From a virus (taxonomy: Duplodnaviria > Caudoviricetes), in IMG/VR virus record IMGVR_UViG_3300017759_000004, positions 1 through 60,941 of that record: a stretch of 60,941 bases of DNA; one strand, given 5' to 3'. This document shows positions 8,192 through 15,664 of this stretch, in pieces. Under the pieces are notes generated by a model. It was not told where the DNA came from. It was given only the letters and a program-made list of their open reading frames with translations, and ran no database searches. The position numbers and the translations under genes were made by a program. The stretch's first letter is position 1. Each line of letters starts with the position of its first letter.

Positions 8192-9051
8192 AACCCCTTT
8201 TCATGTGGGCAGGTGGTAAGAATAAGATGATGAAGCATTATCAACCTTACTTGCCTAGTTACGTCACTCACTATCATGAACCATTTTTCGGTGGTGGTGC
8301 TATGTTCATATATGTAATGAAAAGGTACAAACCGAAGTATGTATTGATTAATGATATTAACCCAGACATCATGAGAATATACAGAATGATAAGAGATAAT
8401 CATTCTCAGTTTATCAAACACATGGACGAATATCAAGAGAAGTATATACCACTCAGCAAGGAAGATAGAAAGAAATATTATTTCGAGGTCAGACATGGAC
8501 ACGCATTTGATTATAAAGGATGGAGTGAAGTTAAGGAAGCATCAACACTATACTTCTTAATGAAAACAGGTTTCAATGGCATATATCAGATCAATAAGAA
8601 TACTAATGGACGCTATGGTACACCTAGTGGACTTCTTAATCAAAAGGATACTGTTTACGATAAAGAGATTGTTAAGTGGTGGAGTGAAGCATTGCAAGGT
8701 GCAGAGATAACAAGTAAAGACTGGAAAGAAGTTAAAGCACCCCCATCTAAGGTGTATGCATTCCATTTTTTCGACCCCCCTTATAGGACATCTTATGCTG
8801 ATTATGGCAATGCTTTTAATGATAATGATTTAATAGAGTTGATAAAGTATGCTGATACATGTTCACAGGTATTTCTTGCTAACAGAGCAGACGATGATTT
8901 CTTTGAAAAGCAAAACCATAAACTAAACGTAGCACATTTTGACATAACATACACAGCAGGGAGAAGAAAACAAATAGATGATAAGTTTGAAGCAAAGAAG
9001 GCAAGAGAGATTCTACTATACAATGTCAAGGAAGGTGTGACAGTTGTATAA
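8188..9051 (+). CDS. D12-class (Dam-like, group alpha) N6-adenine DNA methyltransferase
   Basis: KPLFMWAGGK, EPFFGGGA (motif I), INDIN, FNGIY, FFDPPY (motif IV), terminal REILLYN. Target site not determinable. Confidence 0.93.
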   Translation: MKPLFMWAGGKNKMMKHYQPYLPSYVTHYHEPFFGGGAMFIYVMKRYKPKYVLINDINPDIMRIYRMIRDNHSQFIKHMDEYQEKYIPLSKEDRKKYYFEVRHGHAFDYKGWSEVKEASTLYFLMKTGFNGIYQINKNTNGRYGTPSGLLNQKDTVYDKEIVKWWSEALQGAEITSKDWKEVKAPPSKVYAFHFFDPPYRTSYADYGNAFNDNDLIELIKYADTCSQVFLANRADDDFFEKQNHKLNVAHFDITYTAGRRKQIDDKFEAKKAREILLYNVKEGVTVV

Positions 9052-9095
9052 GTGGCACAAGAGTGGTTGCATTGGGTTGCAATATGGTTTATATT
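9036..9095 (+). promoter_or_regulatory. Palindrome-type early promoter, copy 3
   Basis: TGTGACAGTTGTATAAGTGGCACA (contains the MTase stop); TTGCAT (9067), 17 bp, TATATT (9090). Confidence 0.75.
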
Positions 9096-9101
9096 AATAA
9101 T

Positions 9102-9194
9102 GTCGAAACAAACCAACGTAAAACTTTCAAGGTAACGGATACCCAGAGGAATACGTTTTTAAATCGAACTTAAGTAGTTGAGTTTTGTTTCGAC
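9102..9194 (+). ncRNA. Candidate structured RNA A
   Basis: Starts at the predicted TSS; GTCGAAACAAA (9102-9112) pairs perfectly with TTTGTTTCGAC (9184-9194); inner AACGTA/TACGTT and GGTA/TACC helices; no + ORF of gene size. Confidence 0.55.
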
Positions 9195-9202
9195 CCATCA
9201 CT

Positions 9203-9346
9203 GGGCATTGCCACACTCTACCGAACATTGCGTTGGAGCATCTAGTTCAACCGAGAACATGTAAGACCCATCCCTAGGCATTAAGCATACGAACTTTAAA
9301 ACACCAACTTTAATTAGATGTGGCAGTTGCAATCTTATGTAAGTCC
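9203..9346 (+). ncRNA. Candidate structured RNA B
   Basis: ATTGCCA (9207-9213)/TGGCAGT (9321-9327), CATCTAGTT (9239-9247)/AATTAGATG (9312-9320), GGGC/GTCC ends; ORF-free in an otherwise gene-dense region. Confidence 0.45.
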
Positions 9347-9368
9347 TAATCCTTTTATTATTTGAAAC

Positions 9369-9554
9369 ATGGTAAACTACAAACAACTTATTGAACTTGA
9401 TGGATACATCAATATCTGGGAAGTAATACCAGAGGATGAGCATTCACATATTTCTAACAAGATATGGGAAGCACTTGATCGGGCGGGTATAACCTTATCA
9501 CAGGATGCAGAGTTATCAGTCAGAGTATATGACAGTATAGAAAGTGGCACATAG
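9369..9554 (+). CDS. Small acidic early protein
   Basis: 61 aa; last codons are encoded by palindrome copy 4. Confidence 0.65.
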   Translation: MVNYKQLIELDGYINIWEVIPEDEHSHISNKIWEALDRAGITLSQDAELSVRVYDSIESGT

Positions 9555-9586
9555 TTGCCCCATCTACCTATCATATTCATTATAAT
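9528..9586 (+). promoter_or_regulatory. Palindrome-type early promoter, copy 4
   Basis: TATGACAGTATAGAAAGTGGCACA, 29 bp, TATAAT (9581). Confidence 0.75.
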
Positions 9587-9608
9587 AAGAATACAGCAAA
9601 ACATTATT

Positions 9609-9923
9609 ATGTACGACACATCAAAACGTATCGATGCTACTCTACTTGAAGGTTCACATGACATCAAGTTATCTCGCAGAGAGTTAGGTATCCTACTCAG
9701 ACATATGTCTATCATGTTCGCAAGTATAGACGAACCAAACAGAAACACATGGTACGAAGACGATTTTGGTAAGGATGCAATAGTATCTTTATATCGCAAA
9801 GCACTTGCTACTTATGAAGCAAACTATGATGATAAATCTGATCTAGAGAGAAAAGATTATGCCACTCAACCATTCTACTGGAATCATCAAAAACATCACA
9901 AAACAGCATTTCCTTTATTCTAA
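9609..9923 (+). CDS. Hypothetical early protein
   Basis: Start reassigned to ATG 9609 after the conserved AACATTATTATG leader. Confidence 0.7.
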   Translation: MYDTSKRIDATLLEGSHDIKLSRRELGILLRHMSIMFASIDEPNRNTWYEDDFGKDAIVSLYRKALATYEANYDDKSDLERKDYATQPFYWNHQKHHKTAFPLF

Positions 9924-10105
9924 TGAAACATAACATAGGTTTAACATACGAACAACTATCTGACATCATTTACTATCTTGATTGGAAGTTAATGGAGATC
10001 AGGGAAGCAGGATGTGATTTAGAATATCCTGATGTAGTCGATACTCTTAAACAACTAGAGGACTACAAACATCAACTAGCAGTATCTCATCAACTATACA
10101 GATAA
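9923..10105 (+). CDS. Small early protein
   Basis: 60 aa, TAATG coupling. Confidence 0.65.
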   Translation: MKHNIGLTYEQLSDIIYYLDWKLMEIREAGCDLEYPDVVDTLKQLEDYKHQLAVSHQLYR

Positions 10106-10315
10106 ATGAACTATCAAGTAACAGAGATTGAACTCTACTTATGTGAAGTTGGAGACGGAGACCCCGATTTACAGTTTACACCCGAAGAGGAGTATGTCAT
10201 GCACCAAAGGTGTCTAGGTAGATGGACAGCATATAATGAAGATGACCTAAGAAATCGAATATTTGATTTTATCGGTTATCATGCTGAACATTTAAAATAC
10301 GAGGTAAGACCATAA
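10106..10315 (+). CDS. Small early protein
   Basis: 69 aa; YQVTEIE...G.W.A..EDDL...I....G pattern common in cyanophages; loosely resembles 12406-12609. Confidence 0.7.
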   Translation: MNYQVTEIELYLCEVGDGDPDLQFTPEEEYVMHQRCLGRWTAYNEDDLRNRIFDFIGYHAEHLKYEVRP

Positions 10316-10431
10316 TGGAAGATGAATACTTTGACCCTGATCTAGGTTTAACATACACAGACAACTTTGATGAGTATGATGTGCCAGTTGAAGAAGTGTC
10401 ACATGACCAGTTGCAAGATCAGGAATCATAA
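10315..10431 (+). CDS. Very acidic micro-protein (not in ORF track)
   Basis: MEDEYFDPDLGLTYTDNFDEYDVPVEEVSHDQLQDQES*; GAGGT SD; reads through palindrome copy 5. Confidence 0.5.
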   Translation: MEDEYFDPDLGLTYTDNFDEYDVPVEEVSHDQLQDQES

Positions 10432-10440
10432 TACTATAAT
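10380..10440 (+). promoter_or_regulatory. Palindrome-type early promoter, copy 5
   Basis: TGTGCCAGTTGAAGAAGTGTCACA, 31 bp, TATAAT (10435). Confidence 0.8.
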
Positions 10441-10463
10441 AAGAACATACAACAAACATCATT

Positions 10464-10670
10464 ATGGATTTACAACTCGAAAGAGAATATGCAATCGACA
10501 ATATGGGCGATAGCATAGGTCAAGCAATCGAAAAAGCAACAGACCAAAAAAGATTAGATGATGCAATGTCATTATATCAAGAGTGGTGTGTTTTAGATAA
10601 CATTGCTGAACAAGATGACTACCAGTTCATGTTCATGAGAAACTTTACTTTACCAGAGGGGTTAAACTAA
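10464..10670 (+). CDS. Small acidic early protein
   Basis: 68 aa, first gene after the ACAAACATCATTATG leader. Confidence 0.7.
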   Translation: MDLQLEREYAIDNMGDSIGQAIEKATDQKRLDDAMSLYQEWCVLDNIAEQDDYQFMFMRNFTLPEGLN

Positions 10671-10906
10671 TGGATGTAGCATTCGCAGACTGGTTAACAC
10701 ATTGCCCAGACAAACTAAAATTTGCTCTAGAGTATGTTGATCTCAGGGCAGATATTGCTAACGTGATCGAAACTTATGAATATGAGTTCGCTTCAATCGA
10801 AGTAGAAAAGGAAGTAACTGAAGCAGTACTCAACAAACTAATCAATCAAGATTGGTCAGAACAGAATGAATACATATCAGATCTAATCGATCAGGAGATA
10901 GCATAA
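10670..10906 (+). CDS. Small very acidic early protein
   Basis: 78 aa, GAGG SD, TAATG coupling. Confidence 0.7.
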   Translation: MDVAFADWLTHCPDKLKFALEYVDLRADIANVIETYEYEFASIEVEKEVTEAVLNKLINQDWSEQNEYISDLIDQEIA

Positions 10907-11052
10907 TGTTAGAACTAACACCCGAACAACTTAGATACATGTTAAAATGTTTAGACTTTCATTATAGTGAGAACTATGATAGAAAAGAGGAGTTGATAAT
11001 GATTAACTCTAGCATTGCTAAACTTATCCAACATGAACTAAGTGACAGTTAA
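10906..11052 (+). CDS. Small early protein (not in ORF track)
   Basis: MLELTPEQLRYMLKCLDFHY...HELSDS* (48 aa); AGGAG SD; stop inside palindrome copy 6. Confidence 0.6.
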   Translation: MLELTPEQLRYMLKCLDFHYSENYDRKEELIMINSSIAKLIQHELSDS

Positions 11053-11102
11053 CAAACTGGCACATTGTTCCCCCATTCCACTCTATTATGATCTATTATA
11101 AT
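11041..11102 (+). promoter_or_regulatory. Palindrome-type early promoter, copy 6
   Basis: AGTGACAGTTAACAAACTGGCACA; TATTATAAT at 11094-11102. Confidence 0.8.
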
Positions 11103-11125
11103 AGTATAAACAAACAAACATCATT

Positions 11126-11308
11126 ATGACCAGAGAAGAGTACGACCTAATCTATTCAGCATTCAGATCATATAGAGTCTATATGACAGATGCAGACGAA
11201 GTATTATCTGAGAAAATCTTAGATGATCTATTTTATCCAGAGTTCGATAAACTAACACCTGTTGAGTTAGTTCCATCAATCTCAGTAAAACTACCAGAGG
11301 TAAACTAA
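11126..11308 (+). CDS. Small acidic early protein
   Basis: 60 aa after the conserved leader. Confidence 0.7.
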   Translation: MTREEYDLIYSAFRSYRVYMTDADEVLSEKILDDLFYPEFDKLTPVELVPSISVKLPEVN

Positions 11309-11309
11309 A

Positions 11310-11525
11310 ATGTGTAACAACGATCTTAAACAATGGAAAGTAGGAACAGAGGGAGAGACATGGGATTATGGTTACGTCCAGAATCCTAAACAGTTTATTG
11401 AAGAGGTTTTTGAAATCGCTTTCGGGGATGATGCCATCAATCGTAACTATTCTATGGGCGAAGTTTTAGATAGACTTATGGAATTTAGTGACGATGCACT
11501 ACGTTACAATGGAGAGTTAGATTAA
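11310..11525 (+). CDS. Small acidic early protein
   Basis: 71 aa, GGAGG SD; FIEEVFEIAFGDDAINR motif common in cyanophages. Confidence 0.75.
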   Translation: MCNNDLKQWKVGTEGETWDYGYVQNPKQFIEEVFEIAFGDDAINRNYSMGEVLDRLMEFSDDALRYNGELD

Positions 11526-11701
11526 TGATAAATGTACAGATTACATTCGATGAAGCATATCAGTTTATTAAACTGTATGACATACTCAGGGATATGGATA
11601 TGCCTTTAACACCAAAACAAATGAGTGTATTTGAAAAGATACAAACAGGAGACTACCTAGTCAAAACTCATCCTAGTTCACAACATTATCAAGGAGCGTA
11701 A
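11525..11701 (+). CDS. Small early protein (not in ORF track)
   Basis: MINVQITFDEAYQFIKLYDILRDMD...QGA* (58 aa), GGAG SD, TAATG coupling. Confidence 0.6.
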   Translation: MINVQITFDEAYQFIKLYDILRDMDMPLTPKQMSVFEKIQTGDYLVKTHPSSQHYQGA

Positions 11702-11702
11702 A

Positions 11703-11894
11703 ATGCAAGTAGTTATTACACCAAAAAACTTATTCTCACTTGAAACTTGTGTGGACTGTAGTAAAAACTGTAGTATCGGGTCAGGTCGATTTGTGAATAG
11801 GTATGCATATTATGGAGACGAAGTAGAGGGATGGCGGTGTGGTCATTGTGCTGAAGAACTTGATGCATTTATAGAGGAGAACATACAATGTTAA
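11703..11894 (+). CDS. Small CxxC...CxxC (putative zinc-binding) protein
   Basis: CVDC...GSGRFVNR...CGHC; AAGGAG SD. Confidence 0.7.
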   Translation: MQVVITPKNLFSLETCVDCSKNCSIGSGRFVNRYAYYGDEVEGWRCGHCAEELDAFIEENIQC

Positions 11895-12055
11895 CTGATA
11901 ATGAACTTATCTCAATAGTTCGCACTCTAGACAAATATTGTGAGCAACCAAATATTGCTGACGATATTGAAGAAGAGTTGATGAGAATATCTTTTAAGAT
12001 AGAGGATATCTTAATCAATCGAGGTGTGGAAGTCAATAGCATATGTGACAGTTAA
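11888..12055 (+). CDS. Small early protein (not in ORF track)
   Basis: MLTDNELISIVRTLDKYCEQ...NSICDS* (55 aa), GAGGAG SD; stop inside palindrome copy 7. Confidence 0.6.
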   Translation: MLTDNELISIVRTLDKYCEQPNIADDIEEELMRISFKIEDILINRGVEVNSICDS

Positions 12056-12102
12056 TTATGTGTCACACACTTCCACGCATCGGGTATAAAATCCCTTATA
12101 AT
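12044..12102 (+). promoter_or_regulatory. Palindrome-type early promoter, copy 7
   Basis: TGTGACAGTTAATTATGTGTCACA, 29 bp, TATAAT (12097). Confidence 0.8.
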
Positions 12103-12127
12103 AAGGATAACGACAACAAACATTATT

Positions 12128-12412
12128 ATGAGACCAACAGACCTAGTAACAGCAAAAAGACAAATCGATGATTTCGTTGATTATGTTGATTCATTCTATG
12201 GTCAGAATGACCCTTTATACCCTTTAGTTTATCAAGGTCAACCATTAACAAAGACTGATATTCTAACAGCAACAGTTATCTACCTCGACCAGTGCAACAA
12301 CGATGATTTCGAGTTTTGTACATGGGGTGATGGTGATTCACTTGACAGAGAGAGAGTAAGAGACATTCTACTAGACAAACTAAACTATGATCACAAAGAC
12401 GGTACATGGTAA
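12128..12412 (+). CDS. Conserved-looking cyanophage early protein
   Basis: 94 aa; FVDYV.SFYG...LYP...GDSLDRERVRDI motif. Confidence 0.75.
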   Translation: MRPTDLVTAKRQIDDFVDYVDSFYGQNDPLYPLVYQGQPLTKTDILTATVIYLDQCNNDDFEFCTWGDGDSLDRERVRDILLDKLNYDHKDGTW

Positions 12413-12609
12413 TGCTATTAGTTACTCACATAGACGTTTATGAAAAACTGGATGACGATATCCAGTTTAAGATAGACAATGGTCTCGGATGTTGGACATC
12501 AAAAGATCATGAACTATGGGATGATGTACAAAACTACATTCAACCCTATACTCTCAAAAATGTAGAGTATGAAAAAAACAGACCACACGCTCTAACGTCA
12601 TTCCTATGA
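12406..12609 (+). CDS. Small early protein
   Basis: 67 aa (or from ATG 12412); ends RPHALTSFL; ATGA overlap. Confidence 0.65.
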   Translation: MVMLLVTHIDVYEKLDDDIQFKIDNGLGCWTSKDHELWDDVQNYIQPYTLKNVEYEKNRPHALTSFL

Positions 12610-12788
12610 AAAGATCAACTTTTACAATATTCAATGAGTGGTTAAACACTTGCCCCTATGGGGATTATACAACTGGCGGTATGGACTACAACCCAAAAAC
12701 TAAAATGTGGGAAGTATCGTTTAAAGTACCGAATGTTTCAAAAGCACTCAAAGATTCTTATACACCATTTGAATATCAAAATCAATAG
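12606..12788 (+). CDS. Small early protein
   Basis: 60 aa with F.EWL..CP motif, also echoed at the N-terminus of 10670-10906. Confidence 0.65.
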   Translation: MKRSTFTIFNEWLNTCPYGDYTTGGMDYNPKTKMWEVSFKVPNVSKALKDSYTPFEYQNQ

Positions 12789-12792
12789 GCAT

Positions 12793-12851
12793 TGTGCCAG
12801 TTATTAAAGTGTCACATAGTTACCCCATCTGGGGATACAACCCACTATAAT
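12793..12851 (+). promoter_or_regulatory. Palindrome-type early promoter, copy 8
   Basis: TGTGCCAGTTATTAAAGTGTCACA, CCCCATCTGGGG hairpin, TATAAT (12846). Confidence 0.85.
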
Positions 12852-12876
12852 AATAGTATAAGCAACAAACATTATT

Positions 12877-13119
12877 ATGAACTCAACAGCAACTTACACA
12901 GAACCAACAAACAGAATCAAACAGAGAATCCTATTTGATGACAACTTACAGAATATGGCATGTTGTTGTGCTGACTGGGCAGAGTATGTTATCGAGATCG
13001 AAGAGTGGGGAATCTACAAGTTAGGCGGAGTTGATTTTGATGATTTAACTTCTGACGATATTGTTAAACTTGATGAGTTTATCAAGTCAGAAAACGGTTA
13101 CATCAGAGAGGAGGTTTAA
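12877..13119 (+). CDS. Small acidic early protein
   Basis: 80 aa after the conserved leader. Confidence 0.7.
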   Translation: MNSTATYTEPTNRIKQRILFDDNLQNMACCCADWAEYVIEIEEWGIYKLGGVDFDDLTSDDIVKLDEFIKSENGYIREEV

Positions 13120-13122
13120 GCA

Positions 13123-13302
13123 ATGTCAACTAAACCATTTAACTGGACTATTCCATCATTTAACGATACAGAGCAAAAATGGCGAGAGTATCACGAGGAA
13201 TACGAAGAGAAATTTACGACTGACATATATCAGGCACATATTGCAATCGCACAAAAATTTCCATTCATTTATAATGAGTATGGACTACCGAGGGAGGACT
13301 AG
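13123..13302 (+). CDS. Small early protein (not in ORF track)
   Basis: MSTKPFNWTIPSFNDTEQKWREYHEEY...GLPRED* (59 aa) with GGAGGT SD; preferred over track ORF 13061-13309. Confidence 0.65.
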   Translation: MSTKPFNWTIPSFNDTEQKWREYHEEYEEKFTTDIYQAHIAIAQKFPFIYNEYGLPRED

Positions 13303-13313
13303 TCAATGAAAAA

Positions 13314-13371
13314 TGTGCCACTTTATAAAGTGTCCACTTATGCCACACTTGTGGTCATAATCCTTTATAAT
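13314..13371 (+). promoter_or_regulatory. Palindrome-type early promoter, copy 9
   Basis: TGTGCCACTTTATAAAGTGTCCAC, GCCACA-CT-TGTGGT hairpin, TATAAT (13366). Confidence 0.8.
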
Positions 13372-13403
13372 ATTAGTATAAACACAGTTCAAACAACTTT
13401 ATT

Positions 13404-13568
13404 ATGAGTCATTCAGCAAACACAGAAATCCTAGAAAACTTATACGAGGAGATTCTAGACGATCTTACAGCAAAAAACATCCAACTAGGTATTATGTTAC
13501 CTATGGAACACCTCGAAGCAATAGCATCAAAGCATGCTAACCAAAAATTTGAGATGATGTGCCAATAA
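13404..13568 (+). CDS. Small early protein (not in ORF track)
   Basis: MSHSANTEILENLYEEILDDL...KFEMMCQ* (54 aa); single-gene module, stop inside palindrome copy 10. Confidence 0.7.
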   Translation: MSHSANTEILENLYEEILDDLTAKNIQLGIMLPMEHLEAIASKHANQKFEMMCQ

Positions 13569-13616
13569 ACAAAGTGGCACACAGTATCCCCATCTGGGGA
13601 TACAATCCACTATAAT
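13558..13616 (+). promoter_or_regulatory. Palindrome-type early promoter, copy 10
   Basis: TGTGCCAATAAACAAAGTGGCACA, perfect GTATCCCC-ATCT-GGGGATAC hairpin, TATAAT (13611). Confidence 0.85.
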
Positions 13617-13652
13617 AATAGTATAACAAACATTCAACAACTTTTATTCATT

Positions 13653-13862
13653 ATGTCAGGTATTTACGGAAGCAACAAAAAAGGTCTAAACATTCAAGTA
13701 ACTGATTCTCAGTACGATTTTCTTTATGACCTAGTTATGTCAGCATACGATTTGGATATTCCAGATCAAAAAGGTTGGGATACTCAAACCTTTGATAATC
13801 TAGTTGATAATGTTTGCAACGCAAAGCAAACTTATTTAACTAATGACGTAAAGGGAGTTTAA
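13653..13862 (+). CDS. Small early protein
   Basis: 69 aa after A/C-rich leader. Confidence 0.7.
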   Translation: MSGIYGSNKKGLNIQVTDSQYDFLYDLVMSAYDLDIPDQKGWDTQTFDNLVDNVCNAKQTYLTNDVKGV

Positions 13863-13866
13863 TCAA

Positions 13867-14202
13867 ATGAGAACTTGGATTTTTGGAAACTATGTAAACG
13901 ACCCGCATGGGAAGTTTATGCCATTACAGACTATTGAGTCAGAATTCTATGGAAGACATTTTTTCATAGATCTCGCATTTGAGTTTATATCAGCACCTAG
14001 TCTCAAGTCAGGTGGATATGATGAGAGTCAACTGGATTATGTTGCTAACTGGACAGACATGGAAGGTCTCAACATAGGGGAACTAATGAACATATACAGA
14101 GATCTTACATGGAAGGAAAATAATAAAAATCAAGAGAAGGCACATTCTGATATGTGCGAATATATGGAAGCAGTTGAAAATGGCGAGGTCACATATCTAT
14201 GA
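13867..14202 (+). CDS. Hypothetical early protein
   Basis: 111 aa, GGGAG SD, ATGA overlap. Confidence 0.7.
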   Translation: MRTWIFGNYVNDPHGKFMPLQTIESEFYGRHFFIDLAFEFISAPSLKSGGYDESQLDYVANWTDMEGLNIGELMNIYRDLTWKENNKNQEKAHSDMCEYMEAVENGEVTYL

Positions 14203-14414
14203 AGACTATACAACGATACAAGAAACCTGACTCTATTGGAGTCGGGGATAATGTACTCTTTAAAAATAAAGAGTATCAAGTCTTGATAAACTACATTAAA
14301 GGAGATCAGGATAGGAAGGGATTTATACCAACTGAAAACTTTACTATCCTTATTAATGATAGAGGTAAAAGAGTTTATTGTCATAACTTTAAAGAGTTGG
14401 AGATTCTAACATAA
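14199..14414 (+). CDS. Small early protein (possibly SH3-like beta fold)
   Basis: 71 aa, IGVGDNVLFKN..Y.V pattern; GAGGT SD. Confidence 0.65.
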   Translation: MKTIQRYKKPDSIGVGDNVLFKNKEYQVLINYIKGDQDRKGFIPTENFTILINDRGKRVYCHNFKELEILT

Positions 14415-14566
14415 TGGAATATAATCAAAAGTTATGGAAGTCTAAAAGATGGGGAGATTATAAAAAATATCAAGATACTTCTTACATCTATTTTTCCCAA
14501 ATCGAGCAGGGTTATTTAATCAGGCAAAAGACTAAACAACTTAAACAACACTATGAAAACTTTTAA
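14414..14566 (+). CDS. Small basic protein (not in ORF track)
   Basis: MEYNQKLWKSKRWGDYKKY...HYENF* (50 aa), TAATG coupling. Confidence 0.5.
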   Translation: MEYNQKLWKSKRWGDYKKYQDTSYIYFSQIEQGYLIRQKTKQLKQHYENF

Positions 14567-14735
14567 AGAGATCTCTTACTTGAGAAAAGAAACAAGTTTC
14601 AAAGATCATGGGTATATGTTCTTCTCTAATATAGAACAGAAACCTATGATAATGTCAACCGATATTGTGCCACTTGTTAAACTGTCACACTCGTCCCCCA
14701 TTTGTGGGTCGGACGCCACTATAATAGAGGTATAA
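14553..14735 (+). CDS. Small hypothetical protein reading through promoter copy 11
   Basis: 60 aa; the last third is encoded by the regulatory element. Confidence 0.4.
   Translation: MKTFKEISYLRKETSFKDHGYMFFSNIEQKPMIMSTDIVPLVKLSHSSPICGSDATIIEV
14666..14725 (+). promoter_or_regulatory. Palindrome-type early promoter, copy 11
   Basis: TGTGCCACTTGTTAAACTGTCACA, 30 bp, TATAAT (14720). Confidence 0.85.
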
Positions 14736-14750
14736 GCAACAAAGATTATT

Positions 14751-15197
14751 ATGACACACACAATGGTAAAAACAGACATCTACGGTTATGTAAGTCAACT
14801 ATGTGATTCTCTCGAAAGGAACTATAAAGAGTATCGTATCAGAATGCATGAAACAAACTTCACAAGTTTTAAGTCTCAAAACAGAACAGACTTATCAGAC
14901 TATGCACAGGAGCAACTTCGCAATATTGAGAATGGAACTGAAAAGTTAATGAAATTTGCATGCTACGAGGGTCGCAAGTATTTCAAGGTCGTTCAACAGG
15001 ATTTCAGAAATGGCGAGTATAGAGACGCTAGTGTGCATGCTTTCATTAATAAGGAGACAGGCGAGGTTTTCAAACCTGCAGGTTATAACAAACCAGCAAA
15101 AGGAGTTCGCTTCAATCTTGCAGACGTTACACACAGAAATTTCTTATTCCAGTCAAAAAATGTAGATTGGGCAGGTGGTTATCTATACAGGAGATAA
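14751..15197 (+). CDS. Conserved T4-like phage hypothetical protein
   Basis: GRKYFKV...SVHAFI...TGEVFKPA....PAKGVRFNL...W.GGYLY, a widespread phage family of unknown function. Confidence 0.85.
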   Translation: MTHTMVKTDIYGYVSQLCDSLERNYKEYRIRMHETNFTSFKSQNRTDLSDYAQEQLRNIENGTEKLMKFACYEGRKYFKVVQQDFRNGEYRDASVHAFINKETGEVFKPAGYNKPAKGVRFNLADVTHRNFLFQSKNVDWAGGYLYRR

Positions 15198-15233
15198 CCC
15201 CATTATTCTAACACTTATCCGCACTACACGCAA

Positions 15234-15455
15234 ATGAACCTAAATCAATCCGCACCTATACCGCATTTAAGTTTTAACAACTATGATGAGTTAACAGAAC
15301 TGTATCAAGCAGTCGAGTATATTCCAGAGGATCTAGAAGCAGAAATGGAACAATATGGAGCAATGACAGACGAGCAAAAAGCACTTATTGACATTATACA
15401 CAGATTAAAGACTATACATGATAACTATATAAACCAGTTACTTCACTTGCAATGA
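15234..15455 (+). CDS. Small early protein
   Basis: 73 aa, ATGA overlap with next. Confidence 0.6.
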   Translation: MNLNQSAPIPHLSFNNYDELTELYQAVEYIPEDLEAEMEQYGAMTDEQKALIDIIHRLKTIHDNYINQLLHLQ

Positions 15456-15664
15456 GTTGGAACTTAATACAATGGTCAGAACAAACATCTAACATTATGG
15501 CAACAATGACCTATCAAGATTTACTGGAAGAGTTACAACAATTAAACCCTAATCAGTTAAAGAAAAATGTTGCTATCTATGATGAACATTTAGATGCTAA
15601 GTGTTTAGCACATAACAAACTTATTTTCTTTGATAACAACGAGTTTCCCTATATTAAGATATGA
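15452..15664 (+). CDS. Small early protein
   Basis: MTYQDLLEELQQL...QL...VAIYD motif; real start may be an internal ATG. Confidence 0.7.
   Translation: MSWNLIQWSEQTSNIMATMTYQDLLEELQQLNPNQLKKNVAIYDEHLDAKCLAHNKLIFFDNNEFPYIKI

Noticed and set aside
8188-9051. Naming the MTase dam (GATC)
   Set aside because: The D12 family covers several specificities and the adjacent nuclease motif hints at a different site, so specificity cannot be read from sequence.
13061-13309. Track ORF 13061-13309
   Set aside because: TTG start overlapping 12877-13119; the other-frame ORF 13123-13302 has ATG and a strong SD.
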